Positions 26,643 through 41,627 of a DNA stretch of 64,000 nucleotides are shown here, in pieces (positions within the stretch are counted from its first letter, which is position 1; every line of letters starts with the position of its first letter). The notes beneath the pieces were generated by a model, which made no database searches, was not told the origin of the DNA, and worked only from the letters and a program-made list of their open reading frames with translations. Made by a program: the position numbers and the translations under genes. This stretch comes from Octopus sinensis (lineage: Eukaryota), in NCBI RefSeq assembly GCF_006345805.1, contig NC_042997.1, forward strand, positions 70,308,001 through 70,372,000, in the 5' to 3' direction.

Positions 26643-27753
26643 CATATAATATATATATATGTATGTGTGTGTGAGTGTGTATGTATGTATATATGTATAT
26701 ATATAAGCTTTCGGTGCAAGCAATATGTAGACACTATAGATATATAACCATATAATTATAAATATATATATATATATAGACATATTTACATTCACATACA
26801 CATACATACATTGAGACATACACAGGAGTGTCCATTCATCATTGGGATCAGATGCTCAACAAATATACATGGATGTGTGTGTTGTGTGTGTGTGTGTGTG
26901 GTGTGTGTGTGTGTGTGTCTGAATGTGTGTGGGTGTGAGTGTGTGTTTGTCTATATACGTGCGAGTGCATGCCTGCGTGTGTGCGTTTGTGTGTGTGTGT
27001 GAGAGAGAGAATTATAGAAAGAGAATGAGGGAAAGAGGAGAGTATCTTCAAGAGAAAAACATTGAAAGAATTGAACGAATTAAATTAGACCTATATATGT
27101 ATCGAATTACATATATTTATTTTCAGAGATTAATACGATGCACCAACCAATATGTACATTTATACACAATTCTGTCTACGTGTGCGCGAGTGTACGTTTG
27201 TGTATGTATATATTTTGTAAAGATGCTATGAATCACCATTCAACGCGTATGAGCGTGTATAGGCGAATGAATATGTACAAGATAAATTTTTTTTTTTACC
27301 CTCACCACAATCTCATGTCACATTTACCGAAAGGAGGAGGTGAAAGAAGGAAGTTTAGTATATAGTTCCAATAGGAAAATGAACAACAGAAATGAATGAA
27401 TAAATAAATAATAAAACGAAATATTCATAAATGTATAAGTATTGAACCGAAATTGTGAACACATTCACACACATGTATCTCTATATGTATACACGTGCAT
27501 GTATATATATATATATATATATATATAAGTGTGTGTGCTTATGTGTGTATGTGTGTGTATGTGTGTGTGTGTACATGTTTGTGTGTGTTCACTCGTGTAT
27601 GTAGCAACGAAAGAGACCAGCAGGATATTCTGGGAGAAAACGAAAAGTTTTTCATATGAGTTACCTATATTGTCCTTCCTTTAATTGGACAGTTCCACAG
27701 CATATCTTGAATTCCTCAAGAATTGACATATCTGCTAACATTCTCTCATTATA

Positions 27754-27831
<78 letters not shown>

Positions 27832-28409
27832 ATATATGCGTGTGTGGTGTGTATCATTATATATATATATATGTATGCACGCATCTCGCTATCTTTGCAC
27901 AGTGTACACATGCATTCACATAAAAACACACACGCATACGTGTATAAATATGTATATACATATACACAGGCATACACAGACATACACACATATATAGAGA
28001 GAAACACAGGGATTTTTTTTTTCAGTAAATGAGTATGCAAATGTATATGTATTCTGTGCGTATATAGAGTTTATGTATGTCATTATTCAGTTTATTTCAA
28101 GATTTGTTGCCAATAGAGAAAGAACCGGTTTCTAACCTCGATCCAAGGCTATTTCAATGGAATTTCAACATCAACAACAAGGTACTTTTGTATGTATGTA
28201 TGTATGTATGTATGTATGTATCTTTGAACGTGCAGACTTGTATGCTTTACGTATGTATTCTCACGCATATAGTTGTAAATTTAGACATGCTCATATGTAT
28301 TCGAATGATAAACGTCTGGGAAGTTTTACAGATTTTTACAGTTCCAGTGATAGATTGCATCTGTAGTTTTCGAATTAGCTTTCTCCTTTCTGGTTCTGAG
28401 TAGTCTAGC

Positions 28410-28680
28410 TTCTCAAGATTGGTGTGATACATACCCCAGGGCCCTAATAATTACCAGTATAAACAAGAACTTGTAATCTAGATAGAGTAACTGCAGATTT
28501 CTAAATAGTTCAGCATAGGTGTTCTCTTTTTCACTGATCTTCAGCTTTATGTTAACATCTGCTGGGCAGCTAAATTCCACAAGTTTGCACAGTTTCTCTT
28601 CTCTGTCGCAAATCCTTATATCAGGTCTGTTGGGCTTACATTTTAATAAGGTTTTCACTGGTACATTTCACCAGTATTCC
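28410..28680 (-). mobile_element. REL endonuclease fragment of a non-LTR retrotransposon
   Basis: NRPDIRICDREEKLCKLVEFSCPAD.N...K.SEKENTY (PD-(D/E)xK pattern), IIRALG. Confidence 0.7.
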
Positions 28681-28719
28681 TTTTTACTTTGAGTGGTTAT
28701 GGCTTCTACCATATTCTCT

Positions 28720-29185
28720 TTCTCTCTCTCTCGCTCTTGTATCATGGTATATTCATGCCGTTGACTAATCATGGCTTGTTCCTTCTCGATTTGTTTCTAT
28801 CTCTCGCAATATCACCCAGGTCTTTCTCGCTCTGCACGATCATCACTTTGTCATCCAGTCGAACATCTTCACTCTCTGCCTTCCTCTCGCTCTCCTTCCC
28901 ACCAGCTCAGTTTCCACCATTTAACGTTCCATTCCGTCATCCTCACTGAAAAAATAACCAACAATTCTCCACTGTCTCTCTCTGATAGTATCCATCAACT
29001 GTCTCTTCACTTTCATCTTCTTCAACATTTCCACATTCGCCACCCTATTTACCGACAAGATTCTAAGCATTTTCCTATAAAACCACATTTCTGCAGCTTT
29101 GAGTCTCTTCTCCATGACTTTGCCTATCGTCTAAGACTCATACCCATACGTTAGCACCTACCAGATGTAGCACTTCAATAGCACT
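28720..29185 (-). mobile_element. RTE-type LINE 3' fragment
   Basis: LTYGYES*T...EKRLKAAEMWFYRKMLRI...VANVEML...RQLMDTIRERQWR, then GRRARGRQR. Confidence 0.8.
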
Positions 29186-29203
29186 TTAATAATAGTAATA
29201 ATG

Positions 29204-29263
<60 letters not shown>

Positions 29264-29284
29264 GTAATAGCATCGAAAAATATC

Positions 29285-29420
29285 TTAGGAATGAGAACCC
29301 AGGTTCAAAATTTTCCCAAGAAACTTGATGAAGGCTGGAAGCTATGTCAGCTGAAACGTTGTGTTAACAACAAACAATTTGAGGAAAAATATCCGTCAAA
29401 TGTAAATAATGTAAAAATTC
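29285..29420 (+). mobile_element. PLE-type tail fragment with a decayed hammerhead-like motif
   Basis: TTGATGA-AGGCTG(gaagctatgt)CAGCT-GAAACGTT at 29325-29360; no clear helix I. Confidence 0.4.
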
Positions 29421-29422
29421 AT

Positions 29423-30157
29423 CATATTGTCTCCATGTGCAGTCTTCTTTCGCCTACCGAGTATCTCAACGGGCATGATAGAGCAGCACAATATTTTAAC
29501 TGGGTAATTTGCAAAAACCTGGACTTGCCCCATGATAAAAACTGGTGGGAACACAAACCATTTCCTGTGCTTGAAAATGATCACATCTCACTATCCTGAA
29601 TCTTCACCATTCAAACTGACAGAAAGAAAGATGCAAATAGGCCAGACATGATATTGAAAGACTTCAGACAAAGAACATGCCTCCTCATTGATATGACTGT
29701 CCCAATCGATATAAACGTATCTACCAAGACCCACCAAAAACTGAGCAAGTATAAAGATCTTGAAATAGAAATCAGCAAAATGTGGAACCTGGAGACTAAA
29801 ACAATACCTGTTGTCATAGGTGCCCTAGGAATGATAGCAAAAGGAGCTGATTGCTACCTTGCTCAGATACCAGGAACCCCTAAAATGGCAGAAATTCAAA
29901 AGATAGTGCACATAGGAACTGCCCATACCCTACGTAAAATACTGTTTATGTAATTTCAAATTTTAAAACAAACACATAATTTTCTTATGGTTTCTTAAAC
30001 ATTCTCTAGAACAATGCTATGTACAAAACCAAATATATAACACTGTAGGCATAACACCAGCATGAACTTCTAATTTGTTGTCTCATGAGGTCTCTGGGTG
30101 AAACCTGGAGCCAACTTGTACAAATACAAAACAAAAGTCAAACGTATAATAATAATA
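29423..30157 (+). mobile_element. R4/Dong-type non-LTR 3' end (partial knuckle, REL endonuclease, 3' UTR, AAT tail)
   Basis: HIVSMCSLLSPTEYLNGHD, NRPDMILKD...LLIDMTVPID.N...KLSKYKDLEIEI..MW...IPVVIGALG; ends in (AAT)n. Confidence 0.85.
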
Positions 30158-30164
30158 GTTTCAA

Positions 30165-30360
30165 ATTTTTCCACAAGGGCAGCAATGTTGGGGGAGGGGA
30201 TGAGTCGAATACATCGACCCCAGTTCTCAATTGGTACCTATTAAATGCACCACGAAAGGATGAAAAGTAAAGTTAACCTCAGCGTAATTTGAAAGTGAAG
30301 ACTGACGAGATGCCGGAAAGCATTTTGCCTGACGTGCTAACGATTGCGCCAGGGAGCCGC
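30165..30360 (-). mobile_element. SINE of the (ATT)n-tailed family
   Basis: Shares the TCGACCCC...GAAAGGATGAAA.G.AAAGT..ACCTC core with 36185-36390 and 39750-39930. Confidence 0.65.
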
Positions 30361-31265
30361 AGTTTTTAAATAATAATTACAATATTGACCTGCTATCTTT
30401 TCTTTCACCCAACTTTTATTCGATGTATCTGTTCGTAGAGAATATTTCTTCATTTAATATTATTGAAAAAAATTTATAGTACATAAAACACACACATACA
30501 CACATATATACATAGCTACACATACGTACACTCTCACACACATACAGTCACACACAAATATATACTCTGCATATACACGTGTGTGTGATGTGCGCGTGTG
30601 TGTGTGTGTGTATAGATATATATGAACGTACGCATACAAGTATCTATATATACATATACGCACATACACAATTCTACGAATATTCATACACACATGAAAA
30701 CAAAGATAGACGAAGAGATGCCTGTAAAGAAATCCAGACGGTAAAATTCCACTTCGTCGAGCACAGTCAATTTTGGCGTCAGTCTGAAGGAAATCTACAT
30801 CTTGATCGATGAATTCATTTTCGACATGATCTCGCTTAAACAGCGATCTGAGTGCGATAGAAGATTATAAAGCCGATACCCTAGGTGGCATGATAATTTG
30901 CATACGTACTTGTCTTCTTCAATATACACGCGTGTTCGCGTGTGTGTATATGTATGTTTATGTGTCTATGTATATATTCATCCTCATTTAATGCTAGCTC
31001 ACTGATAATTTTAAATGAATTCTGATCCACATGCAAGTATTTGCATGGCTGGGTCTGTGGATATAAGGACACGCACCACTAATATATATATATGTAAGTA
31101 TGTCCGTCAGTCTGTATACATTCATACATACATACACTTATATGCATGTATGTAAATATATAAATATGTAGATGTATACAAATCTTGAGATTTATTCATA
31201 AATTTTATGATTAATTTCGTGAATATATACACACTTTGACAAATGCGCCCTACATATAACTGTAT

Positions 31266-31337
<72 letters not shown>

Positions 31338-31341
<4 letters not shown>

Positions 31342-31592
31342 GCTTTGTGGTACGGGTGTTGCACTCAGGATCGTGAGATTGTGGTTCAATTCTTAGCCCG
31401 GATGGTGCGTTGTGTTCTTGAGCAAATCACTTCATTTCACGTAGCTCTGTAATCACTTCGACACCTGATGTGAGATACTCCGTGCACCTGTGCGGGCAAC
31501 GTTGATTTCTTGCAGTGAGTAAGCTAATGCACAATACGAACATTTGATCACTAGAAACAAATCATTTGTCAGGTCGTTCTGCAGAATCTGAA
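31338..31592 (+). mobile_element. tRNA-derived SINE
   Basis: GTGGCTTTGTGGT...GGTGTTGCACTCAGGATCGTGAGATTGTGGTTCAATTC head; homologous to 11850-12225. Confidence 0.65.
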
Positions 31593-32517
31593 CACACGGA
31601 CGTCGTCTTCGACATGAGAGTCCATTATCTATATATATAAATATCACTATATACATGAGTGATTCTTTATTGTCTTGGGATTCCCGGCCAAACGGTTGGG
31701 TGGAATAGCACGAAAAATTACACAGATGTGTAGAATGATCTGGTGGGGATGCTGGACTTTGTATTATTTTCATAGCTCCCATATTTACCGAGATAATCTA
31801 CTATAATAATAATCTTGTGTTTATGAATGAGAAAGAAACGGGTGATGGATGAATAAGGAAGGAAGGGGTGAGCGTTTCAACTCAGTGTGAATATATGTGT
31901 GTATGTAAAAGGTGGGTATGTGAATGTGTGTGCGTGTGTGTGTTTGTGTGTGTGCGCGTGTGCACGCACAATGGAAGTGGGATGGTTCATCTTTGTTCGT
32001 TTAGTATTTGTTTTTTTTTTGATTTGGTTAAATCTTGTTTTTTTTTGTTGTTCCCTGCATTTCTTGTTTCATATCAGAGTGATTTGCTTCTAAAGATATA
32101 CTTTAACGAAAGCTAAGTGGTGTCACACTGCCTGTGCCCTTCCAGCACACCGGATACCAACCCAGGTTTTGTGAGGGCCCGTGCTATTGCAAGATAATCA
32201 TTGGATTTACACTAAGTTCAGTGTGTATATTACACACACACAAATATATATGTATATATAAATTAAGCAGAACAGCAGAAGACAAGCGAGATGGAGATTC
32301 GCTGAAGAGATCATAGGTGTGCGCCGAAAGACTTCCAGACAATGGATATAAAATAGAAACGATAATAAACAAGTTAACAACGAATTTATAGTCCTTGTGT
32401 GTATTTTGGCAAAAAAAAAATGTCCATCCCGGAATATAGCAGTATATATATGCACACACACACAAACGAACAAACAAACAAACAAACACACACACACATT
32501 CACACACACACACACAC

Positions 32518-32580
<63 letters not shown>

Positions 32581-33925
32581 GCGATACTTATGAAAATTGG
32601 TGCCGAATTTTACAATTCTGTAAATAATTATAATAGTATTTTATAAGTTTAAAACGTATAAGCGATTACTGTGTATTGACTAATGAAAATAATATATCGT
32701 GGGTTTTTCCGTACGTGTCGGAATCCAACCGACACCTCTGTGTTTTCGCGACCACCGTTTTATTATTTATACCAACATACCCACTGGGTTTAAGCTTATA
32801 ATGTATATATATATATATACACATACTCACAAATGCGCGCGCATAATTTTATGTATATATTCTTAAATTGCGCATTCCATTTCATTTAATCATGCTAAAT
32901 TTTAATACGACTGCATTCAAATTTCGTGAAATTATTAAGAAATTTTAATATTTCCTCATTAGTCCTTTATGGTTCGTCCGGAAAAATAACCTTTCGAAAC
33001 TCATTACGCTTATTTTTCGTGACCTTCATAATTTCACTTTCTAATTTAAAAGTTGCAATAGGTATCACTGCCTCTTGCAGTATATCTTAAATCTATTTTA
33101 ACAATGTTACAATAGTTACAATTGTCTAGTTTGTATTGAAAATAATACAAACCTTGGTGGATCTGGAAAGTATGGAAACATTAGCCTAACTTATTTTGGA
33201 AGACTATTTGTAGGGAATGTGGTTGTTCGAAACGAAATATAAGGGACTAATGAGGAAATATATAAAAAGGAAACATACAAAAGATCAAACTTGAACATAA
33301 ACGTGTTTATAATACGCACACGCATATATGTATGCATGCATGCATATCTGCCTGTTAATCTGTCTGTCTGACCGTCTGTCCGTCCGTCCGTCCGTCCGTC
33401 CGTCCGTCCGTCCGTATGTATGTACGTATGTATGTATGTATGTATGTATGTATGTATGTATGTATGTTGTATGTATGTATGTATGTATTGTGTAAATATG
33501 TATGTATGTATGTATGCATACTTGTATGTATAAACAACTATACATCTTTATAAATGTACACGCGGTGGGAAACATACACTCACTGAACCTTATACCATTC
33601 AACATGTGCCCTTTATTCGTGTATATGTCTAGGTTTCTTAGCTATCTTTTAACATGGGAAGTTGTGAGTTAAGGAAAGAATGAATAAAGAATGATGAGAT
33701 AAATATCGGCTTAGCTATTGCCCCAGACATGCAGTTCTCTATACTGATGAAGCATGCATATATATGAGAGACAGAGAGAGAGAGGCATATGAACTTTTGA
33801 CCATTTGAGTGTAGTTACGAAAACTAGTGAATTTGAAGTATAAGCTGATGCTTCTTTTATAGTTGCACTGCGTTTCACTGCCGTTTATACAAACGATTGA
33901 AGCAGATTAAAAATATATAATGCAA

Positions 33926-34075
33926 CTAGCACTATCGCCCGGCGGTGCTCGGGTTTGTTTCGACCCTATAGAATTGGAATTTTTGAAAATTAAACATTTT
34001 GCATTGTAAATTTGAATGAAATTGGTTGTGTAGTCCTCAAGTTTTAGGGATTCACACAGACAGACAGACAGACAG

Positions 34076-34109
<34 letters not shown>

Positions 34110-34130
34110 TCTCAGTTTTATATATATAGA
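33926..34130 (-). mobile_element. Non-autonomous Helitron-like element
   Basis: Minus strand starts A|TCTATATATATAAAA and ends with a CCCG..CGGG hairpin plus CTAG|T, matching Helitron TC...CTRR termini inserted between A and T. Confidence 0.65.
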
Positions 34131-35369
34131 TAAGCTCCAGCTGTATGAAAATTTCTCCCACACCCCCACTCCCGTCAAAAAACAGCTTCAGGAGTTGTGA
34201 AGAAAGAATTTGTACATAGTGTGTTTCTGAGAGCTATTGTATTGGACCTCGGTCCAATCATTAAAACATTTATTTAATTATGAACATGGAAAGAAATTAT
34301 ACATTAATCCCTATTTTTGTAAGCAGTTGTATCCATAAAAAATTTATTTGCAGATGGCAATAATTGAAAGAAGATATATGAAATGGACGTGTGTGTGTGG
34401 CGTGCGTGCTTGCGCGTGTGTATGTGAGAGAGAAAGAGTGTGAGAAAGAGAGACAGAGTGAGTGAAGTGAAAATATCTCCGCAGAAAACAGCTTCAGGAG
34501 TTGTGAAGAAAGAATTTGTACGTAGTCTGTTTCTGAGAACTATTCTATTGGACCTCTGTCTAATCACGTCTTTTAAGGTATGCACATAGAAAATGTGAGG
34601 TCATAGTAGAAAATTTTTACGATAGATATTGTTTAAATTTTTTTTGTCTAATGTAGAAGTTGGCGTTCCATGTGTGTGTGTGTGTGTGTATGTGTGTGTG
34701 TGTGTGTGCGTGTGTATGTGTGTTTATGTATGTGTGTATGTGTGTGTATGTGTGTGTATGTGTGTGTATGTGTGTATGTTTGTGTGTATGTGTGTATATG
34801 TGTGTGTATGTGTGTGTATGTTTGTGTGTATGTGTGTATGTGTGTGTGTCTGTGTGTATGTGTGTATGTATGTGTATGTGTGTGTCTGTGTGTATGTGTG
34901 TATGTATGTGTATGTGTGTGTGTATGTGTGTGTATGTGTGTATGTGTGTGTGTGTCTCGCACGCCCCATCAAACACACACAGAGACTCTCTCTTTCACAC
35001 ACATACACACGCACGCACGCACATCAAATCTTCCGATCAAGATCAAAAGATCAAAAGATCCCATTCCCCCCAACCTCATATGTAAAGATACATATGTATA
35101 CACATTATATATATATTTATATACACACATGTGTATATAAATTAACACAATATATCTGATTAATAATATATGTTATGATTGTGCGACGGTGGTGGGCGAT
35201 GATATGGCACCGTTGTAAAAGACGGGAATATTTAAACTGTTGCTATTGTCACGGTTTCTCTCTCTATAGATAGAGGCAGAAGTACAGTGAGAAAGGTGGT
35301 GGAAAAAAGAGTGACAGAGAGACGGAGAAGCTGTGAAACGTCATTATAGAGACAAAGTGCAGACAGACG

Positions 35370-35408
<39 letters not shown>

Positions 35409-36184
35409 ATGGGAGAATAGAGTGATAGCGCTGGCGAAGGCGGCGAGGGAAAGATAGTGGAAACTTCAAACGTCGTTATAGAGAGAAAGTGAAGGGAAGG
35501 GAGGAAAGAGAGAGATGGAAGAAAGGGTGATAACCATTAAAGAGAAAAAAACAGACATTTGTCAATTTTCACTCTCTTTGCCATAGCAACCACATCTTTA
35601 TAGCTCGCGAATTTTAACCATCGCAGGTCGGAAGCACACCACGCATTTAGTATCCCTGTCAATTTTCAGCTCAATCCTAGCACGTCTGGTGCCATTGAAT
35701 CCTTACCAAAGCCAAAGTATCAAGTGTTTTCCTCTTTTATATAGGTAGATTATTTGTATGCGTATTGAAATATGATTATTTTTCCAAATTTGATTGGCTG
35801 AGAAAATACGTTGAAAGCATGCGAGATATAAATCTATTCAATTGTCAAATTATCATAATACTATGTATTCTGCAATTAACATGCAAACGTACGTGTGATA
35901 TTTTTACGTGTGATAGTGTAATCTCGATGGCTTATAACTGAATGCTATTTTAGTGGCTGATAAAGCAAACGGAAAGCTGCAGTATGTAACTAAAAAGTTC
36001 ACCCTACAGCCACCGTCGAAAGAGGTTCCTGAAAGTTAGTATGTGATAAAGTTAAATTGCTTATCACGGGTTTATTTAACCGTATTCATCAGTACTAAAA
36101 CAACTTATTAGAAGATAGGCTTCAAAAGCAGAATTCATGTCATATAAAATAATGCTAATACTAAAATTGCATTGATAGAAAACT

Positions 36185-36390
36185 AAATATTGGTTTCAAA
36201 TATTGGCACTAGGTCAGTAAGTTAGGTGGAGGGGCTAAGTCAATCACATTGGCCCTAGTTCTCAGCTGATGCATATTTTATCGACCCCGAAAGGATGAAA
36301 GGCAACATCGACGTCGGCGAAACTTGAACTCAGTACGTAAAGACGGGCTAAATGTCCCTAAACATCTTGTCTAACATGCTAACGATTATG
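36185..36390 (-). mobile_element. SINE of the (ATT)n-tailed family
   Basis: ATCGACCCCGAAAGGATGAAAGGCAACATCGACGTCGGCG core. Confidence 0.7.
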
Positions 36391-36777
36391 TTATTTTATC
36401 TTCTATATAGCTTAAATGTTTGTACTGGCTTTGCTACAACTTCCTTCCGCACTATAATAAAATCCCGCCAGTATAAGACATTTGATAAATACAGAATGAA
36501 GGTGATCTATTACTCTTCAAAAACCTTCTTTGCTTCCACAAACAGCACAAAGGAACGTCCAGAACGTACACACAATTTGTTTTTCTCCGGCACTGATTTT
36601 CGATTTAGTCTTAGAGATTGCAGGGAAACAAAAGTTACAGAGGCCTTCAGATGAACCCTCCAAAAGTAGATTTCCACCATGTATTTATGCATTCAGAAAT
36701 TCCGAGAGACATCACCAACACACTATATAAATAATCTGTAATTCTAAATAATATAATTTTAACAGTTATAAACACAT

Positions 36778-37146
36778 AGGTGTGGCTGTGTGGTAAAAAA
36801 ATTTTGCTTCCCAACTACATGGTTCTGTGTTCAGTCTCACTGTGTGCCACCTTGGGTAAGTGTCTTCTAATTTAGCCTCAAGCAGATCAAAATGTTGTGA
36901 GTAGATTTGGTTAAAGGAAATTGAAGTAAACCCGTTGTATATATGTATCTCTGTGTCTGTATTTGTCCTCCCATCCCACCGCTTTACAATTGGTGCTGGT
37001 GTCTTTACGTCCCTGTAACGTAGCGGTCCAGCAAAGGTATGGATAAATACTAAGTTTTAAAAATTAGACTTAGAATCAATTTGTTCGACTCAAACCCTTC
37101 AAGGCAGAATCCCAGCTTGGCCACAGTCAAATCATAGCAACAAGTA
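36778..37146 (+). mobile_element. Diverged tRNA-derived SINE
   Basis: Aligns by eye along the full length of 54391-54804. Confidence 0.75.
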
Positions 37147-37716
37147 ATACATAAAAGATACATTCTATCTATATATAATGTATTGAAGCCCATTGAGTTA
37201 CTGGCTCCTGTAGGTGTGATATTTCACCTTTGTAATATTGCAGTTGTCAAATTAAAAAAAAAAAAAAGTCAGAACTGATGCTTTTTAGTAGACACTACCC
37301 TCAGCACTTAATCATAAATTTCTAAGAGCAATTAAGTTCAATTCGAACAGAATACATTTGCTGTACTCAGAAAATTTGAGACTTTCTGAATAGAAAGCGA
37401 TAAAAGATATTAATCATTAATACAAAATATTTATTAACAATAATTGCGGTCTTTGCCGTTGCGTCTTTTACATATAGATAATCGTATGACATGAAGGCAT
37501 GTTGAATTCGTGTATTATTTGTTATATTTTTTTACGCTTCGATAATTTGAAGCGTTTATGAATATTTTAAGTTTAAACACATTAAACGTGCGGCATCTCT
37601 TCGTTAATTATAACTAAGTAAAATGATTTCAGGAAATGCATTTCTAAGAAATACATGTACGTGCGTATGTGTATGTGCATTGTGTGTTTATGTGTATATA
37701 TGTGTGTGTGTGCATC

Positions 37717-37756
<40 letters not shown>

Positions 37757-38508
37757 ACGCCCCCGTATCATTCCTGTTTTTATTCGTTACTGTAAATTTT
37801 ATCTTCGTCTCTTGTTTTTCTGTTCGTCTCTGTTGTCACATTCTTTCCTTCTACCAAGCAAATCTAATGCCCATAGCTTAGCTTTTCCTTGGGGCTGGCC
37901 CTTTCGGAGCAAATCTCAGAATTAAACAGCCGAAATTTGCCATGATGAATCGGTTTCTGACTGAAGAATGAAGGCTCTGAATTACTGTCCGTTTTTCGTG
38001 TTTGTCAATTCGTGAATTTCACGTTCTTTATATATAAGTTTTATTATATATATATAGAGAGAGAGAGAATATTCATATATATATATATATATGCATATAA
38101 TTATAGATGTATATATATATAATGCATATATGTATATAAATATATGTACACACGTGTGTATGTATGTATATATGTATATATATACATACATACACGCACA
38201 CACACATACATGTATACAGTTAGGAATACCATGAAATGTATACATATCCCAGGATGGTGCTGGCGTGTCAGGACATTTAAAAATAAGCTCCCGAAAAAAA
38301 GTTAAGTGGCCTCTTGTCTAAATATATCATATAGTACGATCAGTGCGCTACATTGACAAAGAATATCTCTAATTCGATCAACGTACACGTAGTTATAACG
38401 AAAAATTTTCCCATGTAATAATATTTTTATTACCAATTTTATCAAATTTAGTTTCTATATTGATTATCATTATGCACCTATATATGCATGTGTGCATATG
38501 TATGTGCC

Positions 38509-38540
<32 letters not shown>

Positions 38541-39749
38541 TGTATGTATGTATGTATGTATGTATGTATGTATGTATGTATGATTACATGTGCATTCATA
38601 TCTAGGCATATGTGTAGGTTAGAAAATCTATATTATATATAAATGTATGTATTATATAATATAATGTGTGTGTTTCCGTGCGAGTGTGTGTGTGTGTGTG
38701 TGTGTTCGCGTCATACATGCGAACACGGACGCGTATACTCAAGTCTGTTTATGAGACTGGCATGGAGATATAAAATATTGCAAGACCTCTGATGAAGCAA
38801 GAAAATAATAATCTTATACGCGTTGTGCTCTCCGCTTCGTCTGATGAATGACACCATAACGATAGGAGGTAGGATTATATCCTTCCTACTTTCTACGTGC
38901 GTGCTTCCAGTTCGACGTAGCAAAATTCATTGGGAGTACTGGTCCGAACGGAAGAGCGTGCTTCCTGCTGAGATGTCCTTCATTTTCTTCAGAGTAATAT
39001 ATGTAAGCATATAAAAATACAAGCAGACATGTTCACTCTCCTAGGTGTATATATATGTATTTATATATATACATATATACATACATACATACATACATAC
39101 AACATACATACATACACACATACATACATACGCACACACACATAAACACATAAAGGTATATACATGAGAATTTGCAGAGGTGTCTGTATCACTATAAATG
39201 TGTGTGGATATGAGTATATATGAATTCTAGGAAGGCACATGAACAAAAGAACGGAATTTTCTATATATTTGTATATTCACGGCCTCATATTAAATGTCTA
39301 TTAATATACACTCGCCTGAAAAATGCGTGCCCAATAGCTCAAACCTACGCACACACAGATACACACAATTTTGTTTTGTTTTGGTAGTATCTAGTATTAA
39401 TATTTTACTAATGGTTTCGTGCGAATAAATTCGCAATTATTTAGTCGTGTATAAATTCTGGTAAGTCCATCGTTGATCAATAACTTTTTAGTTAGACTTT
39501 ACCTTGTGTAATATATTATATTATATCATATTGTTATATTAATTTACATATAGTGACATCTTTATCCGCCGCGAAAAACCATCTGGGCACATAACTCAAT
39601 ATGCTTGTTGACGTTGATCCTTTAACAGTATGGTCGGAGGAGAGCGTGGATCTGCTATTTGTTGCATGTTGACTTATTACATTCAGATGAAGCCTGCTGC
39701 TTGTCATATCCATGATGGGAAACATTCCAAATGCATCTCATTTATTCTG

Positions 39750-39930
39750 TCCAAACATTGTCTCATGTGAGTTCAAATTCCTCCGAGATCGACTTTGCCT
39801 TTCATCCTTTCGGGGTCGATGAAATAAGTACCAGTCGAGAACTGGGGGCGATGTAATCGACGACCCCGCTCCCCAAATATTTTAGGCCTTGTGCCTATAG
39901 TAGAAAGAATTATTATTATTATTATTATTA
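39750..39930 (+). mobile_element. SINE of the (ATT)n-tailed family
   Basis: GAGTTCAAATT...GACTTTGCCTTTCATCCTTTCGGGGTCGAT...GGCCTTGTGCC followed by (ATT)n. Confidence 0.7.
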
Positions 39931-40525
39931 TTATGCTGCTGACGGTGATGATGATGATGACTGGTGCCGATGATGACAATGACTATGAAAATTGGAATAA
40001 ATGTGGATTCTGTTGATGATCTCCTAGATGATGAGGCTGATAATGAAGTCATGTTAATATGGACGATAGTGAATGACTAATAACTCTAACCACAAGTTGG
40101 AACGAGGAGTTGATAGTAAAGAAGATAACGAGGAGTAGGGAACTGGAAGATGCCGCAAGCCAGAGTAGGAAGAGAAAGTAAATGATGGATGATGTGAGAG
40201 ACAAGAAGGAAGGACAAATATATTAATCTACATTCCACACTATCTGTATCCAACACTGATTACTGTTTAAATATATAACCTAAAGATTTACGACTGACAG
40301 GAATTTTTGTTTATCAGTCTATCTGTTCGTCTCTGTTTCTCTCACTTTTTACATACTTATATACATATACACACATTAATATACATATAACTTCGATAAG
40401 TTTCGGCCAGTATAGGCCCAGGCCATGTCTAACTCAATAGCACCGCCCGGTATCCATACTAATACAATTATTTGTTTGTACTCCACCTGCTTTCGTCTTT
40501 TGTTTAATTTCGTAAACCTTCCCGT

Positions 40526-40553
<28 letters not shown>

Positions 40554-40557
<4 letters not shown>

Positions 40558-40815
40558 GTCATCCCATAAATAATGCGGTTTTTACAATTACATGAGATAA
40601 AAGTCGGAGTGGGGACGGGATAAATTACCTGCATCAACTTGCAATAAAAACAGGTTGTAGGCAATACAAACAGGCCCACGTGAGTCCAGATACTTGAATG
40701 TACGTTGGGAGATTGTGTTAGACCGTTTGCTTTTGGACGGTTGGTAGTTATCTGTAGTTATCGGCAGTGTATTATGGCGATTTAAATAAGATTTTTGACC
40801 GTTATTTCCAGCAGG
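40554..40815 (+). mobile_element. Mariner-type 5' terminal fragment
   Basis: TA|TTGGGTCATCCCATAAATAATGCGG terminus; the following sequence is homologous to 57788-57875 upstream of the mariner transposase. Confidence 0.6.
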
Positions 40816-41206
40816 TAGACATACTTAGTATGTTCTTTGATTAATTTTAATACTTCAGCTATATATATATATATATGCGTGTGTGTGCGTGTGTATGAGT
40901 GTGTGTGTGTGTGTGTGTGTGTGTGTTGTGTGTGTGTGTGTGCGTGCGTGTGTGTGTGTAATATAATATGCGACAATTATTAGGTTGCCATAATAAAACT
41001 CCGAGTTTCGGGTATCGGGGCGGAAACCTGCAACGGTATCTCTTCAGTTATCGAGGCAATTAAAATATGCTATGAAAATGAACGTTTGACAAAAGGAAAT
41101 TATTATGTAAATGACCGCTATTAAGACAAAAGTGCTAATAGAATGACCGTTAAATAAGGGAAAAAACCGAAGGGGAGGAAGTAAAAAGTAAAGGAGTAAG
41201 AAAACT

Positions 41207-41346
41207 CATAGCAATGCGTGTGCGCGCATGTACATACATACTCATGCGTACACGAGTATATAATTACATACATATATATTATATTTGTTCCACGTCCTCG
41301 CGTTGTTGTGTTTTCTCTTTGTGTTTTCATGTTTGGATTAACTTTA

Positions 41347-41444
<98 letters not shown>

Positions 41445-41529
41445 CTGAGCGCCATACTAATACAATTGTTCGTTTGTTTTCCACCTGCCTTCGTCTTTTG
41501 TTTATTTTCATAAAGCTTCCGTTTATAAT

Positions 41530-41627
<98 letters not shown>

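Noticed and set aside
30302-30330. CTGACGA-GATGC...GCATT inside a SINE
   Set aside because: Lacks GAAA after the stem.
34165-34565. Diverged about 90-bp direct repeat (near 34178 and 34485); also a 30-bp repeat near 26463 and 26821
   Set aside because: Small local duplications with no interpretable structure.
38785-38860. Two CTGATGA heptamers
   Set aside because: No helix II or flanking helices.
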